Part shown: positions 62,992-64,000 of the stretch, one piece after another
How positions within the stretch are numbered: the first letter of the stretch is position 1
How the letters are laid out: every line of letters begins with the position of its first letter
From: Leptolyngbyaceae cyanobacterium
GTDB lineage: Bacteria > Cyanobacteriota > Cyanobacteriia > Phormidesmidales > Phormidesmidaceae
Length of the DNA stretch: 64,000 nt
Direction: 5' to 3'
Assembly (NCBI GenBank): GCA_965263355.1
Contig: CBDHHL010000032.1
Coordinates: 3,104,001-3,168,000, forward strand
Position numbers and translations under genes: made by a program
The notes under the pieces: model-generated
Database searches by the model: none
The model's input: the letters and a program-made list of their open reading frames with translations, nothing else
Told to the model about the DNA's origin: nothing

Positions 62992-63624
62992 ATGCAGTTA
63001 ATCGGCAATGAGAACCTGGCCAATCGCACCTGCTGGGTGTTTGACATGGATGGCACATTAACAATTGGCATCCATGATTTTGAAGCCATCCGAGAAACGT
63101 TAGAACTGCCTATCGGTTCACCAATTTTAGAATCATTACGCCAGCTGCCGCCAGACATCGCTGCTGTCAAACAAAAGCAACTCCGAGAAATAGAACTCGA
63201 CATTGCGCGTCAGGCTACTGCCCAGCCTGGTGCCCATGAATTGTTAGAGATGTTAATCCATCAGGGAAAACAAATAGCTATCCTCACCCGCAATGGCAAA
63301 GACATTGCCCATGAGACTCTAGATGCTTGCGGATTGATCGATTTTTTTGAACCTACCTTAGTCCTGAGTCGTGACTGTCATACCCCCAAGCCAGAACCAG
63401 ATGGCATTTTGGCTCTTTTAGAGGCTTGGGACGCCACACCCGCTGAGGCCGTCATGGTGGGGGATTATAAGTTTGACCTGATGGCAGGCCAACGGGCAGG
63501 GACAGCGACTGTCTACATTGATACTGTCGGAGAATTTATGTGGTCAGAGTATGCCGACTATGGGGTGCGATCGCTAAAGGCTGTAATTGATTGGCTATCT
63601 GCACCCCAGTCCACAAATGAATAG
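62992..63624 (+). CDS. HAD-family hydrolase / phosphatase
   Basis: FDMDGTL, LTRN, KP.PDG and MVGD..FDL. Confidence 0.92.
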   Translation: MQLIGNENLANRTCWVFDMDGTLTIGIHDFEAIRETLELPIGSPILESLRQLPPDIAAVKQKQLREIELDIARQATAQPGAHELLEMLIHQGKQIAILTRNGKDIAHETLDACGLIDFFEPTLVLSRDCHTPKPEPDGILALLEAWDATPAEAVMVGDYKFDLMAGQRAGTATVYIDTVGEFMWSEYADYGVRSLKAVIDWLSAPQSTNE

Positions 63625-63647
63625 TACGGCAATTGTAAGGTACAGAG

Positions 63648-64000
63648 CTATTTCACAACCGGTCGAGCTACTTTCCATTTACCAAAAATAGCCTTGATTT
63701 GGTGCAACTTAAACGGTTTACTGACGAAATCATCCATACCAGCTGCCAAACAAGCATCTTCATCTTCTTGCTGCACATTAGCCGTGACCGCAATAATCTT
63801 TGGACGATATTCCCCCCATTTTTCGATAATTTTCTCTGTTGCCTCTAAGCCACCCATCTCAGGCATTTGAAGATCCATAAAAATCATGTCATAACGCTTA
63901 TTTTTCAATGCTTCTAGAACTTCCACCCCATTAGTAGCCAGATCACCCGAGTAACCCAATTGGGACAAAATCCGTAGCATCACCATTTGGTTGACGGGAT
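63648..64000 (-). CDS. Response-regulator receiver domain (C-terminal part; may end a hybrid kinase)
   Basis: Frame is open to the window edge (..PVNQMVM). A.NG.E, FMDLQMPEMGG, AVTA and GMDDFVSKP. Confidence 0.9.
   Translation of the reverse strand, partial: PVNQMVMLRILSQLGYSGDLATNGVEVLEALKNKRYDMIFMDLQMPEMGGLEATEKIIEKWGEYRPKIIAVTANVQQEDEDACLAAGMDDFVSKPFKLHQIKAIFGKWKVARPVVK

Overview
Cyanobacterial chromosome segment: it carries Form IB rbcLXS, chlD, a ccmK shell gene, nblS/hik33 and frequent HIP1 GCGATCGC octamers. The gene content suggests a filamentous Leptolyngbya-like strain, which is an inference. Housekeeping genes (purD, uvrB, hisC-family, cfa, peptidases, transporters) alternate with accessory material. 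Highlights: (1) an apparently complete fatty-acid beta-oxidation cluster (double-hydrolase fusion, acyl-CoA synthetase, FadN, FadA, FadE), a pathway generally regarded as absent from cyanobacteria; (2) a four-gene cluster built on an MsrQ-like heme domain fused to a Rieske ferredoxin, with a Cys/His-motif partner and an upstream palindrome; (3) two tandem unannotated sRNA-like units sharing an exact 18-nt motif; (4) an ABC-ATPase plus TOPRIM-like pair directly after rbcS, a possible defence module; (5) a nucleoside hydrolase interrupted by a copy of its own 3' end, and a GST frameshifted by a 7-bp duplication; (6) fused IS remnants, REP-like palindromes, a solitary ccmK4/K5-like gene and a serine recombinase lacking the canonical catalytic motif. 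All family calls come from motif recognition by eye; no database searches were run.
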